A stretch of DNA of 64,000 bases from Mobula hypostoma. Its lineage: Eukaryota. Of the stretch, positions 25,600-39,624 are shown piece after piece. The first letter of the stretch is position 1; each line of letters starts with the position of its first letter. Position numbers and translations under genes: made by a program. The notes under the pieces are model-generated. The model did not search any database, had not been told where the DNA came from, and worked only from the letters and a program-made list of their open reading frames with translations. The stretch is from the NCBI RefSeq assembly GCF_963921235.1, contig NC_086109.1, positions 30,940,001 through 31,004,000 of the forward strand. Direction: 5' to 3'.

Positions 25600-26755
25600 G
25601 GGTATGACATTCAATGGGGGTAAAGTTCACAATCTTCCCTTTTGAATGGTATTTACTGCATTTCAGTAAGCCATGGCCCAATATCCTCTGACCAATATTC
25701 TGGCTTGTGCAACAAATAGGTCACTGTCAATTACAGGATGCTACCGTGGGGCTGTTACTTTCTCGAAAAAAGCTGCTCCTAATTTATTTGCCATTCACTG
25801 TGTAATTCACAGACAACATTTTGTCATGAAAACCTAGGTAAACAGCTACACAAATCATTAAATACTGTTATCACAGTGGTAAATTAAATCAAGTCCCTTG
25901 CTTTCAATTCTTGACTACTTTGAGTGCTTTTTATTGAAAATGTTGAACAGTTTGAACTTGCTGTTGCACACCGAAGTCGGATAGCTCTCAAAAGCAAACT
26001 GCCTGAGATACTTTTATGTAATTTTTTAAATTGTGATAAAATTCTTTGAAGGCTCAAATGCTTCATTCAGACATCAACTCAAGAATATCAGGCATGACAT
26101 TGCTTACTTGTCAGAATTATTTGCAAAGTTTATTGAAATCAATCTTCAATGGCAAAGAAGTGATGTAAACCTTATCAAAGTCAAATCAGTCTTCTCCACT
26201 TTTCTGTTCAGGTTAATCCCATTTAAGTACAACATTGGGCATTGCAGATTTTTCCAAATTCTGAGCTTCTCTGAGTTGGAAGAGAAAGAATACCACATAC
26301 TGATCTTTAAGTATATAGTGTCCACCTGGGTAAGCTGATAAGGACATGTCAAAAAGATTTCAGGATCTTCTCCTGATCCAATTTCCAGATCAGGTAATAA
26401 ATCCATTTTCGAACACCTTTAATGAAGTATTAACAGGAAGAATGGAGGAAGAACGGATCTCGCTAAAAAATAACTTTGAGCTGAGACCAAGGTTCAAAAG
26501 TCACATCACGACTTTTGCTTGAAGGAAGAATTCTCTGAATGCTATCCTACAATGTGGAAAAAAGTCGAGATATTCTTTATTGCCTTTCCAACATGAGATT
26601 TGGTAGAGCCTGGTGTTTGTGTAGTCACCCAACTTCTTCCAAAATAACAAAACATACTGCAAATTACTGAACATGGGGATCTGATACTCCTAAGTGACAT
26701 TCAGCCTGCTGTTGAGAAGCTGATATCACAACACCAAGCCCATCCATCTCACTGA
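25600..26755 (+). pseudogene. Decayed Buster/Charlie-type hAT transposase
   Basis: Motifs HCVIHRQH (~25796), HTEVG*LSK (~25968), DIAYLSELFAKF.EINLQ, IAFPT*DLVE (~26580) and terminal HQAHPSH*; stops and frameshifts. Confidence 0.85.
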
Positions 26756-29700
26756 AAGTTGAAAAACCAATGAAATAGTGACTAGTTAGACAACTGATGT
26801 ACAGTACGCTCTAAAATTGCTGATGAAAGTTGTTTGTACTGTAGTTAATTAAAGTAATAATTTTATTTGTGGCTTTAAATAGATTTGAATAATTTTTTTT
26901 ACAATTATTTGTCACTGCTTTGAATTTGCAGTTCCTATTTTCTTTCACTGTGCATCATAAATCAAATTTCTTTATAGTTTCATTGTAAAAGCAAGAAAGA
27001 GAGAAAGGGCAATGGGGATGTGGTCTGAGGAGCCAAGAGGGCTGTAACCCAAAAAAATTGGGAAACCATTGGTCTAAAGTAATCACTTTCTCTCATAACA
27101 AAAAATCTTATAAATTTGAAGCAACAGAAACAAATGGTTTCTCAAGACAACAGGACATTTTGATAGAATAACTGTTTTGCCAGCAGTTGGAGAACAGAGA
27201 GAATTAATAGATTAAAGTGATACAAAGAAAGTATAGAGGAGAGATGAAGATAATAACTCCACTCAAGTTGCTGGGGTTGAGTTGAAAGTAAGGTTTAAAA
27301 ATGATTTTGTAGATAATCTTGAACCTGTACTTGAAATAGAAGAATCTACAGGACTTGGGCCAAGAAGTGCAATGGAGTGGGATGAAGCATGGATGCTCTT
27401 TCTAACCAAGAACTCCAGCACGGTAGACCAAATAACCTTCCTTCTGTGCTGTGAGCTTTTATGAAGACATAGGGATTACTTCTGAACTGCTGAAAATGAG
27501 TTTAGGGATCTCAAAGCAGAATTAACGTGCCCATTGCCTTCAGTGCAGGCACTATGCCAGAATGATTGTTGGATTTAACAGCGCTATTGCATGGCTGCCC
27601 TCCGAAGCTGATTTCCAAAGTTGTGATTGATAAACACCATCAAGAGTTTCAGTGGTGAATTTAAAAAGTACCTGGTGAGCAGTATCTTGCAGAGTGACTA
27701 ACACTAGCCCTGGCCCTAAAGCAAGGAAACAATTGACTATCAATTGAGTCATACCCTGGATTTAGCTACATCAATGTGTTCTATCATTCTTAAAAGTCCG
27801 AAGATTTCTGAATGTTTCTAATATATTCAAAGGCATTAACTAGTTTTAACAAAAAGTAAAGAGTGAAAACAGAGGACTAGACATGTTAAACATTTAAAAA
27901 ATATTAATAATCATATTCAAACACCTTTGAGTACTCAAAAACTCCAACTTCTGAGCCGTTAGAGATATAGTTGGAAAGACTGTAGAAAAAAATTAAAATT
28001 AATTTCTGCCTAATTATTGAACTCTTACTGGGTTCTCTCACTTGAGGTTCTCTCAACCATTTCCTTATTTCAGTTTAACCTCTGTGAACCTTATCCGGTG
28101 CATCAGGCAACTGCAAATGGATGGGTGTCACATTTAACCTCAGTTCCCTCTCCCACAGTGAACTTTATGAAGTCTAGTTACTGAGGGCAACCTGCTCCTT
28201 CACAATAAATCCCACCTATCTGAACTTAAGCATTCAAGTACCTACGTGCCAAAATCGCAAGTTTAATTGCAGTGTTGCTAGGCAATGTTTTGAGGTACAT
28301 AGTGTGATAATTTGATGGAATTGATACAGCACCCAGAAGCAATGAAACTACCTTTGCGAGTTGTGTGGTGAGGTGACTTTATTTTGCAATGAATCATAAG
28401 TTCCCAAATATGGGCTTGCTGCTGATGAAGACAGTTACAAATTTCCTTAGCAATAATGAGTAACTTGGACGGAAACGTACCACTGATTCCATACCTACAA
28501 GCTTACTACCTTTTCATTCTTGATAGGAGAGGTCATGTCTTTGGGGGACGCTGTCAAAGGTGCTTTGCTATTTCACTGTAGTGCTAGTGCCAGCCTTAAG
28601 AAATATCAATCTTTGCAAGGCTATTGAGATCAACTTGCATGAACTCTAATGTTCTCAATCAAGACATTATTCTACCGATATTTTTACTGTTTATCTTGGA
28701 ATACAGGGTTCAGGTTGATAATGTTTCTCTTCACCTTAGCATGAAGTAATTTTTCTCTTGATGTTTGACCTTCTTGCTTCTGCAATGCTTTCATTTCTTA
28801 ATGCAGGCTGAGATAAATGATCAATTTATATCTCTGTCAATACTACTGGAGATTCTGTCAAGCATTTTATCAAAGAATCATAGCACCACCTCCTTTACTA
28901 ATGTCCCAAAGGATGCAATTTTGTGCGAGTATTAGAATTAATACTTCTACCTTTGCACTGGCCTGACATTAATGATCAAAAATCTAAAATGAATTTGAAG
29001 GGTAACAAGGATGAAAAACTAGATACCATGGATGGTTGTTAAGGTAGACAGCATCAATGTTGATGTTAGGTATTTTAACATATGAACGAAAAAGCAAGAC
29101 AAAGTGAGCTAAGTCAAGTTTGTTGTCATACGCACATACATTTAGGGGCAGGTATGAAAAACCTACTTACAGCAGCATCGCAGTCACACAGAAATAAAAT
29201 GATTTGTAATAAGTATTGAATAGGAAAGATGGAAAGAAGTTCCAGGAGAAGGATGAATAAAAATAGGAGAGGTTTTTTTTTAAACATAAACCTGTCCACC
29301 TGCTGTCCAGCACATAGATTGCATTTTCTCTCGGTGACCTTTGAAAGGTAGGAAAGTGAGAAACTACTGTTCCTGGTCTCTAGAAGGAGATCACTTGGCC
29401 GTGGTGCCTTCATGGTTGTGTAGCATCTCACTGCAAGTGACAATAATGAGAATTGCTTGGATGAGATCCTGAAAAACTTCTGAGTTTTGCAAAGCCACAT
29501 ATCAGCGCAGTTCACCGGCTCCACAAGCGGGACATAACCAAGTAGAGAGAAGGAGGAGAACACATATCTGAAAGGAAGTTTTATGTGATCACCTCTTTGC
29601 AATAAATACATTTCTTGAAATATGTTTGGCCCTCAGCATTAATTTTAATAAGATATTGTGTCGGCAAAGTGACAATGGATTTGGACATCTGTGTTGAATA

Positions 29701-30494
29701 ACTGAAGACCAATTAGGAAATGATCCAGTCATATATCTCCTCTCTTAATTTCCCAGACAATGAACAACTAGGAATTATCTAATTATGCCAATACATTCTA
29801 GAACAGAACATCTTAAAGTGCCTTTCCAGTGAGCATTCGAACAGATTTTGACACCGAGCCATGTATTAAGATTGGTAGTGAATCTGAAGGAGGATTTCAA
29901 AGGGAAAAGAATGTAAGATGGGAAGGGTAAAGGAAGGAAACCAAAATGTTGGTATTTGTTAGCTGAGGGCATATCCCTGAATGATACAATAATAAAAAAC
30001 GAGAACTGATATGTGTTCGAAAATGGAGAAGATATAGTAATATTGTTGATGTGCTCATAAAATGTTATAGCATTTCATATTTTCCCATGCCAGTACTACA
30101 TTCTGTGATGAGCAAATGGAAATAATATAGTAAAATATTGGATGACATAGGGAGCAGTTGTTCACCTAGTTTGAAATGGTTGCGCTAAATGCCAAGGGAA
30201 TTTAAGTTTTTTTTTTGAACTGTTCAACCTGCTGTTCATTTTGCTTAATAATTCTGTTAATTAGTTGCTCACTTTAAAATGCATTCATCCTGTTTCTAAC
30301 CATAATTAAATATTTGTCTTACTCTTCCAGAAAAGTTTACAGTCAAATTAGACATCTTTTAAATACAGTCTTCAGACTTCATATATTCAATGAATTAAGC
30401 CCTTCCCTCTGACTGTTGCTGACCTTGCATCTCATTCCACACTTGAATAATGTGCAGGACCATGCCCTGATGTTTATGGCTTCTGGCAGGACGG

Positions 30495-30915
30495 TCCATA
30501 AAGACCATAAGACACAGGAGAAGAATTAGGCCATTCAGCCCATCAAGTCTGTTCTGCTATTCAATCATGGCCAATTCCCTATCCCTCTCAACCCCGTTCT
30601 CCTGCCTTCTCCCCATAATCGTTGACACCCTGATGAATCAAGAACCTATTAACATCTGCTTTACATATATCCAATGACTTGGCCTCTACAGCTATCAGGA
30701 AGAATGAAATCCACAAATTTAGCACCCCCTGGCAAAAGAAACACCTGCTCATCTCTGTTGTAGAAAATGCCCTTCTATTCCGAGGCTGTACCTCTGGTCC
30801 TAGACTCGTCTACTCTAGGAAACATCCTCTCCATGTCCACTCTATCTAGACAATTCAATAGTTTATAGGTTTCAATGTGATTTCCGCCCCCCTCCATTCT
30901 TCTAAACTCCATTTT
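30495..30915 (-). mobile_element. CR1 3' fragment
   Basis: ORF 30775-30966 HIETYKLLNCLDRVDMERMFP; cataagacc-type tail on +. Confidence 0.8.
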
Positions 30916-31095
30916 GTACAGACCCAGAGCTACACCCACACCATCACTCATTCCTAGAAGCATCATAACATCATACGCACTTTATTTCAAAAGGAAGAAA
31001 GTTTTTAAAACTTTTCAACAGTTCTGAACAATTTAAACCAGTGAGGCTCCTTTTCCATTAACCTTTTCAGGTGAATCTGTGCAGTAAGTGTCAAC

Positions 31096-31378
31096 GGCAC
31101 GAAGGCAAAGCTGTTAGCACAATGCTTTACAGTACCAATGACCCGGGTTTATTTCTTGCTGCTACCTCTAAGGAGTTTGTATCCCTGTGACTGCGTAGGT
31201 TTCCTCTGGGTGCTCCGGTTTCCTCCCACAGTCCAAAGCTGTACCGGTTGCTAGGTTAATTGCTCATGGTAAATTGTCTTGTGATTAGGTAGGATTAATT
31301 CAGAAGGTTGCTGAGCAGCATGGCTTAAAGAAGTGGAAGGCCTATTTCTCGCTGTATCTCAATAAATAAAAGCAAAAT
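31096..31378 (+). mobile_element. HE1/V-SINE-type tRNA-derived SINE
   Basis: Core ggtttcctctgggtgctccggtttcctcccacagtccaaag; tRNA-like head; A-rich tail. Confidence 0.8.
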
Positions 31379-31739
31379 AAAATTATTTTCCCATTTCACA
31401 GATCTAGGCTTGGCTTAAAACGAAGGTTGGGAACTTATTAATTTTCCCTGGGTAGTATCTACTCTGATTCTTGTTCTTCCTTGCATTTTTGGAACTAAAT
31501 CCACTGAACATTTTAAATGAATGATACATTCCTAATTTAATGGTTGTTATTGAAAAAATGCTTTGGAGTGAATCAATGAACCTGGATTTATGGAGAATGC
31601 ATTAGAACGGTAGCATTCAATTTGTAGAACCGTTGTCATCAGGTTAGAAAGTAAATTAGATGTTGGGTGTGGAATTATTTACATCTCAGAACCCTGAAGG
31701 AATTGCAAACGAAGTGAAAGAAAAGGTGAATGGATACAT

Positions 31740-32290
31740 GATTTGCACCTCTGTGCAATTCGCAACAAGCAGGAGATCCTGGTGGCCAAACATTTTAATT
31801 CTGATTCCTATTCTTGTTCCAATGTGTCGAGCCATGGCTTCCTCTTGTGCCAAGATGAGGCCACCTTCAGCATAGAGTAGCAACACCTTGTATTCCATCT
31901 GGGTAGTCTCCAACTTGATGGTATAAATATATATTTTCCATTTCTCCTTCTGGTAAATAAATAACACCCCCCATTCCCCACTCTGACCATTCACTTCTCA
32001 CCTAGCTATTACCTCCCCCTGGGCACCCCCCCCCCCAGCTTTCTTCTATTGTCCACTCTCCTCTCCTACCAGATTTCTTCTTCTCCAGCGCTTGATCTTT
32101 CCCACCCACCTTACTTCACCTATCACCTTCCAGCTAGACTCTCTCCCCCCCCCCCACCCCTCTTTTTATTCTGGTGTCTTTCCCCTTCCCTCTCAGTCCT
32201 GAAGGTGGGTCTTGGCCTGAAACATTGACTGTTTACTCTTTTCTATAGATGCTGCCTGGCCTGCTGAGTTATTCCAGCATTTTGCGTGTA
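31740..32290 (+). mobile_element. Decayed PLE 3' fragment with degenerate hammerhead (32195-32230)
   Basis: Homologous to 13520-14110; agtc-ctgaagg-tgggtcttggcct-gaaa-catt-gact. Confidence 0.8.
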
Positions 32291-32809
32291 ACATGATTTG
32301 TTGATTTTTTTTTCAACAAAAGCATTTTTCAAGTAAAAAGGTCTACAATCACATTGAGCCTTGAAAATTGTGAGATTGACTGGGTTTCAATGTAGTCACT
32401 AACATTCCTACTAATTTCCTTCAAGGAAATGGATTGCCTTGCAGAATTAAACCAGAATCACTTTGAAAATATAAAGTGAAATAAAAGCTGATATCAGCAA
32501 AGTATCAATAATGCAGCTTCAAAATTGCCTTATGTGTACCAATGCTTTATATGATTGTATGTTGACTTGATTATTTTTCAGTGCAACATAATATTGATTT
32601 TCCCTTAAAGTCTTGCATAAATTCCTTTTCTTGTTGGTCCAGATACTGTGTGTTGTTGCATACAAGATGTATGAAATATCATTCTCCAGACAATAAATTG
32701 CTGTTTGGAAAATATATTGAATAGTCTGCAGTTTTATAGGCACTGATCATGAAAATTTTGAATTTATCCAAGAGAAAATTTGGCTTGCGATTGTTTCTGT
32801 GTAAAGTCT

Positions 32810-32935
32810 CAACCAAGAGAAAATCTGCAGATGCTGGCCATCGAAGCAACACACAAAATGCTGGAGGAACTCAGCAGGCCAGGCAGCATCTATGGAAAAA
32901 ATGTACAGCCAATGTTTCGGACCGAGACCCTTCCC
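32810..32935 (-). mobile_element. PLE 3' tail fragment truncated inside the hammerhead
   Basis: ctgcagatgctgg...gcaacacacaaaatgctggaggaactcagcaggccaggcagcatc...gtttcggaccgagaccctt. Confidence 0.8.
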
Positions 32936-32939
32936 TGTC

Positions 32940-34200
32940 ACCTGGGCCACTGCACAGGATGAGAAATAACTGCAGAGGGTTGCAAGCTCAGCTAGATCAT
33001 AGGTAGCTATGGCGATAGGCACTAGCCTCCTCAGCATCAAGGAGATCTTCAAAAGGTGTAGCCTCAAAAAGGCAGCATCCATCATTAAGGGCCTGCATCA
33101 CCCAGAACATGCACGCTTCTTGTTACTACCATCAAGAGGAGGTAAAGGAGCCTGAAGACATACACTCAACATTTCAGGAGCAACTTCGTCCTCTCCACCA
33201 TTGTATTTCTGAATGGACATTGAACCAACCCATGAAAACTACCTCACTCTTTTTGCTCTCCTTTCACCCTCTTATTTAAATGCATATTTCTGATTGTAAT
33301 TTATAGTGTTTTTTGTGTATTGCACAACAAAAAGCGACAAATTTCATGGCATATGTCAGTGACATTCAACCTAATTTTGATCGACGAGATAGAAGCTGTC
33401 CTTGAGCCTGGGCATGCTTGCTTTTAAGCTTTTGTGTCTTCTGCCTGACGGAAAGCAGTCTGGGGTGGGAGTGGTCTTTGATTTTGCTGACTGCTTTTCC
33501 AAGGCAACGAGATGTGTAGGCAGAGCCTGTGGAGGGAAGCCTTGTGTTCTTGTATTTGTCAGAATTGTACCCACAGCTCTCTAGGATTTCTTGTGGTCTT
33601 GGGCAGAGCAGTTGCCATATAAAGTTGTGATGAATCCAGATGTAAATATGACACTCAGCGAAGGTGACAGGGAACATGCCAAGTTTCTTTTGCCTTCTGA
33701 GTAAGTAGAGATGCTGCTGAGCCTTCTTGGACCAGGACTGCCATTTAGAAACGTGAAACAGCTTTGACAGTGACATTCAAGAGGCATGAACAAGCAGGGA
33801 ATAGATGATGTGGATCATGTTTGGCAAAGTTCAAAGTAAAATTTATTATCAGAGTACATACAGGTCACTACATCCAACCCTGAGATCCTTTTTGTACGGG
33901 CATACTTAGGAAATCTATAGAACAGTAACTGTAAGCAGGATCTGTAAACTGTAAACAAATTGTGCAAATGCAGATAATAAATAAATAGAAATAAATAATA
34001 AGAATGAAATAAAAAGATAGAGTTCTTAAATGAGTGTAGCTATCCATTTTTGTTCAAGAGCCTGATGGTTGAGGGGTAATAAATGTTCCTGAGCCTGGTG
34101 ATGCAAGTTCTAAGGTACCCGTACCTTCTACGTGATGGCAGCAGGGAGAAAAGAGCATGACCTGGGTGGTGAGAATCTTTGATGGATGCTGCTTTTCTAC
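32940..34200. mobile_element. Cluster of decayed L2/Rex1-Babar LINE 3' fragments on both strands
   Basis: KKAQQHLYLLRR and RCLGKAVSKIKDHSHP-type remnants in ORF 33366-33776; homology with 1455-2280. Confidence 0.7.
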
Positions 34201-34552
34201 AGCAATTGTTTTATGCAGATAGAGTTAATTTAGATTGGTATAATGGTCTGCACAAACATGATGAGTTGAAGAACCTGTTCCTGCAATGCACTATCCTGAT
34301 TTCTCTTTCTATGAAAGGTGTGCTGCAGATCCTAGCTAGCTGAGTGCAACAGTCAGTGCTGGAGGAGCTCAAGAGAAGGAAGGCTGCCAAAGGGAAGTCA
34401 CAGATGAACATCATCCCCCTACATCTCCTAGCAATGAAAAGGGCAGAGGCATAGTCCACATGAACTACCAAGGACTCTACCACAGGGAACTCGCTTTCAA
34501 AAATATTTTAAATCACAGCAAAGAAAGGATTTGTACTACATATGATATATGT

Positions 34553-35690
34553 ACTCAGAGGCCACTTTGTTAGGTACACCTGTACACCTGCTCATTAATG
34601 CAAATATCTAATTAGCCAATCATGTGGCAGCAACTCAATGTATAAAGCATGCAGACATGGTCAAGAGGTTGTCACCCTGACACAGTGGTGCCAAGATAAC
34701 AACACCTCCCTCAATGTCCAAAAAAACAAGAGCTGATTGTGGATTACCGGGGAACGGAGACAGGCTCAGTTGAGAGGGTGAGTAGTTTCAAGTTCCTCGG
34801 TATATACATCATTGAAGCTCTCACCTAGACTGTACACACCGGCTGTGTGGCAAAAAAAAAAGCACAACAGCATTTCTTCCACCTCAGGCTACTAATGTTG
34901 GGCATGAGCCCCCCAGATACTCAATACCTTCTACAGGGGGCATCACTGAGAGCAGCCTGACTGGTTGTATCACTGCCTGGTACTGGAAATGCACCAACTT
35001 TAATCACTGGGCACTGCAGAGAGTGACGGACAGTCCAGCACATCTGTGGACAGGAACGTCCCTCCATTGAGGACATTTACAGATGCAGGTGTGGAAAGAA
35101 GGCCTGGAAGATCGTCGGGGACACCAGTCACCCCAACCATAAACTGCTTCAGCTGCTTCTGTCCAGCAAATGGTACCACAGCATTAAAGCCAGGACCAAC
35201 AGACAACAGGTCAGTTTCTTTCTACAAGCCATTAGACTTATAAATCCACAAGTCTGTTCAATGCAATGGAATCATAATGCAAAAATTTTTAACTCTCTCA
35301 CATTGCAGGATGGATGTAAGATTTAAATAAATTCATTTTAATCAGAGGTTTCGTTATTGTCCAGACCAAACATCAGAATGGGGCAAGTAATGTGCTATAA
35401 GTGACTTTGACCATGTTCTCCTGGGATGTTCACACACAACAGTCTCCAGTGTTTACAAAGAATAGTGCAAAACAACACCCAATGAGCAGTAGTTCTGGGG
35501 ACAAAAGCACTTTGTTAATGAGAGTGGTCAGAGCAGAATTTCTGGACTATTTCAGACTGACAGGAAGTAACTCAAATAGCCATATGTTACAACAGTGGTG
35601 TGCAGAAGAGCATCTCTGAATGCACAACATGTCGAGCCTTGAAAATGATGGCTACGGCAACCAAAGACCATGATCATACTCTCAGTGTAT
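34553..35690 (+). mobile_element. Tc1 derivative (19378 family) split by an L2/Rex1-type LINE fragment (~34672-35335)
   Basis: TIR actcagaggccactttgttaggtacacc; Tc1 sequence resumes at ~35345; insert reads WCQDNNTSLNVQK... Confidence 0.75.
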
Positions 35691-37456
35691 ACTTCAAAGT
35701 GTATGCTTGTAATGTATGCCACCTCACAAGTATTAGCAATTTAGAATAAGGATGCATTCAGAGCACAATCTCTCAATCACTGGGGAAAGGAAAAATAATG
35801 ATTTTAATTTGTGATTTGGTAACAAGTACAGAATATGATGTACATCCTTCAGCAAGGTCTGGCCCACTCTTTCATTTATTAAGTTTTCTTCAGAAAGAGT
35901 GCTATAGTAAAATGATTCCTTATATTTCAAGACAAGAAATGTGTATATTGAACTTCTTGGGTTGGAAGAATCCAGCCAATTTAATTCTACACATGCGGCT
36001 CAGAACATGATCTGGAAACTATCTTACTTGAGAGTTTGTTCTGTTCACATCTACAACTGCAAGCCAGCCAAAGTGTAATCTAATTCTGCTTAATCCTGTA
36101 AAACTACATAATTGGTTGCAACATTAGTAAATATTTCCTCAGACTTCTCTCTGCTTGGAAAAAAAATTGTAACTGAGGTCCACTTAGTAAACAACTCCTT
36201 ATACAACACAGCTATATTTTACTTAAATTTAAGGGATTATTTCAGTGTCTTTGATCAATAAAGAGGAAAGGTCACTATTGTTATAAAGATTTGTGTCTTG
36301 CTGAGCATGCCTGATGATTCTGTGTCCCAGATGGAAGAATAACTTAAAAGGGAAGGTTATTGCTTTCAGAGTAGATTAGAAATTACTTTGTGGTAATAAA
36401 ATGTCAATGTCCATTATCATTTAAAGTAGGAAAAATGATTTGAGCATGCCTTAACTTTCAACATCTTTCTGCTATGCTTTAATCACAACAGAGAATCAAA
36501 ATTATTTGTAGATGACAGGGGTTGTCCATCATTACTTTAAGCCCGCTCTGACATTCCACTAAATCACTGCTGAACTGTTTTGTGCTAGTTTTGTTCCATA
36601 TCTTTTGATATTTTGGTAGGCTGTAGTCGTAACAATCTTTTCGGCACTTGGAAAAGGCAAATAACAGGAAGGAACGTGTACATGGAACGGATATCGTAAG
36701 AGCAGCCACTGTTAATGTGGACAGTGTTAGACTGGTCAGGCTTTGGCTCACAGGCAGAGGTTCTAAGTTAGTTCTTCTTTTCTCCATCTACTAGTAAGCT
36801 AGTGTGGTAAGAATTGGCCCAGAGTTAGTGGTATGTTCTTAGTGTGAGATGAGGAAACTTTAGGAGACCTCCAGTCTCCCTGATAACTATATTTGCATGA
36901 AATGCATCAAGCTGCAGCTCCTTAGAGACGGTGTTAAAGAACTGTAGCTGCAGCTTGATGACCAGCTCATTCCCTCAATCAGTAGTTAGAAGTCCCAACT
37001 AGAGAAGGTGCGATACTAGATCTCCTATTAGGGAATGAGACAGGGCAGGTGACAGAGGTTTGTGTAGGAGAACACTTTGCATCTGATGATCATAATGCCT
37101 TTAGTTACAAGGTAGTTATGGGAAAGGATAATTAAACTTGGCTTTGTGCGTGATAAGTTGTGTCTAACCAATCTTGTAGAATTTTTCGAGACATTACTAT
37201 TATGTGTTGTAACTCCAGGAACAAATTAAGAGAAAACATGGAAGCTGGGGAGACTCATGAAATTAGTTTTCTTTTCTTTCTGAGGTGCTCACATATGAAG
37301 TGGTGCTGTAAAGATGTATGCATTTCACATACTTCTTAAATATAACCCATAATAAATTAGGTAAACAAACAAAGAATGCTTAATCAAACAGTATATTTAT
37401 AATATTATTCAAATATTACTGAAATATTAAAGACACAGAAATATATATCTAAGTGT

Positions 37457-37595
37457 GTCTCTCTCCCTCTCTCCCTCTCTCCCTCTCTCCCTCTCTCCCT
37501 CTCTCCCTCTCTCCCTCTCTCCCTCTCTCCCTCTCTCCCTCTCTCCCTCTCTCCCTCTCTCCCTCTCCCTCTCCCTCTCCCCCTCTCCCCCCCTC
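37457..37595. repeat. Polypyrimidine (CTCTCC/CTCTCTCC)n microsatellite
   Basis: Seen directly. Confidence 0.95.
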
Positions 37596-38174
37596 CATGC
37601 CTAGCTGGACCACATGTAGCACTCATCCTAGTGCTGGTAAAAATGAGGGAACTGGCATTTCTACTGCACATTCCAGCCATTTTGGGTTGTCCTGTAGACC
37701 TGAGATAGTGTGGGGTATTTTCTGGTTTCCCTGTGCATCATCTATGCCATAATAAAGAGACTTCCAATTTGTATTCGGGAGATTACGTCAAGGGGAGTGT
37801 CCGCTGTTGTAAATTTTTCAGGTATTTCCTTTTCCAAGGGTAAACAGGATAATCCATCAACATTTCCATGATTAATCATCCTCTTGAAATCAATCTCCTA
37901 ATTGTGTCCTACATAAAGCACAGCCCATCTCTGCATTTGTACTGCTGCTGTTGTTACATCCTTCTGTGAATTGAAAATGGGCACCTGTCGTTGATGATCA
38001 GCAATGAGGGTTAACTCTCTCCCAGTCAGGTACTGGTTGAAATGGTTTACACCCCAAGCCAAACGCATGACCTCTCTGTCAATCTAGATGTATTTTTTCT
38101 CTGCAGCAGCAAGGGAAAAATATGTAAAGTCTATGTGGTGTTCACTTCCACCGCTCATAACATGTGACATGACT

Positions 38175-38605
38175 AGTCATAGTCATACTTCATTGATCCC
38201 AGGGGAAATTGTTTTTCATTACAGTTGCACCATAAATAATAAATAGTAATAAAACCATAAATAGTTAAATAGTAATATGTAAATTATGCCAGGAAATAAG
38301 TCCAGGACCAGCCTATTGGCTCAGGGTGTCTGACCCTCCAAGGGAGGAGTTGTAAAGTTTGATGGCCACGGGCAGGAATGACTTCGTATGACGCTCTGTG
38401 TTGCATCTCGGTGGAATGAGTCTCTGGCTGAATGTACTCCTGTGCCCAACCAGTACATTATGTAGTGGATGGGAGACATTGTCCAAGATGGCATGCAACT
38501 TGGACAGCATCCTCTTTTCAGATACCACCGTCAGAGAGTCCAGTTCCATCCCCACAACATCACTGGCCTTACGAATGAGTTTGTTGATTCTGTTGGTGTC
38601 TGTTA
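38175..38605 (-). mobile_element. Rex1/Babar LINE 3' fragment nested in the Gypsy element
   Basis: ORF 38313-38555 LDNVSHPLHNVL...RSTFSQRLIPPRCNTERHTKSFLPVAIKLYN; (agtcat)n tail on +. Confidence 0.85.
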
Positions 38606-39624
38606 CCCTATACTATAAGGTGAGGCATCGCAGGGAAGCTTGACTGGACAATGTGGATCATAATGTGTGAGTACAGTGTCTGACATTTCCTTCGTCCTTT
38701 GAAAAGCCGCCTCACACTGCTCTGCCGATTGAAATTCCTTCATAGTATTTAGTAATGAGTTAAAGAGGTAGAGCACATTAGCCACGTTTGGTAAACCTGT
38801 TATAATAATTGACAAATCCTAAAAAGAACTGCAACTGTGACATGTCCTTTGGCCCTGGGGCATCCACCACTGCTTGGTGTGACCCCAGTAAGTGATGCTT
38901 GGTTTAAAACAAATCACACTTGATGCATCGTGCTCTGAGCCCATAATATTCTAATCTTTTTAACACTGGCTTGAAATTTTGGAGATGTTCCTTATCAACC
39001 TCACCAGTAACAATGATATCATTTAGGTAACACGGAGTGCCTGGGCAGGCTTGCAACACCTGGTCCATAGCTTTATGTCAGAGTGAAGGTGTAGATGCTA
39101 CTCCAAATATAAACATATTGCAGCAATAAAGCTCTATGTGAGTGTTTATGGTGACAACACTTTGGATTTTTCTTCTATCTCCATCTGCAGGAAGATCTCA
39201 GCTAAGTCCATTTTGCTGAACTGATTCCCTCCAGAAAGGTTTGCAAAGATATCCTCTCTCTACCTTTCTGATATAGCCAGCCGTTTCTACTCTTTAAAAA
39301 TTCATTATTATTATCACCCGATACTCACTGTTTGTGAACCTGTGAATTTTGGCTGTTTTCTTCCTTTTTTTTTTAAACTCGAATGTCTCTCTCCTCTTCT
39401 GAAGAGAAACAAAAATGCTGTGCTTTTTTAAAATCTCGAACTTCACGCTGCGCTTCAACAGGTAGGTAGTCCTCTACAGTTTGTTTCAACACTTTCTCAT
39501 TGCCACTGTTGTTTGGTAACTCCGGAAACTAATCAAAAGAAATATGTGTGAGTTGGGGATACTCGTGCATTTTTCTTAGTGAGGCTTTCACATATGATGT
39601 GGTGGCAAAATGATGTATCATAAT

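Larger units (their letters stand above)
24066..27071 (+). mobile_element. hAT (Charlie/Buster) DNA transposon with both ends and a decayed transposase
   Basis: 8-bp TSD gtctaaag at 24058-24065 and 27072-27079; TIRs cagtgtttcccaa / ttgggaaaccattg. Confidence 0.9.
37205..39622 (-). mobile_element. Decayed Gypsy LTR retrotransposon within CR1 remnants
   Basis: Related LTR segments at ~37205-37440 and ~39507-39622; PBS-like TGGCAATGAG (reverse complement of 39496-39505); RT/RNase H remnant LTHYDPHCPVKLPCDASPYSIG (ORF 38603-38815). Confidence 0.8.

Noticed and set aside
29126..29611. 161-aa minus-strand ORF
   Set aside because: No recognisable domain, the C-terminal part runs into repeat-like sequence, and there are no partner exons.
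37405..37752. RE/GR-rich and SPSL-rich ORFs
   Set aside because: Translations of the microsatellite.
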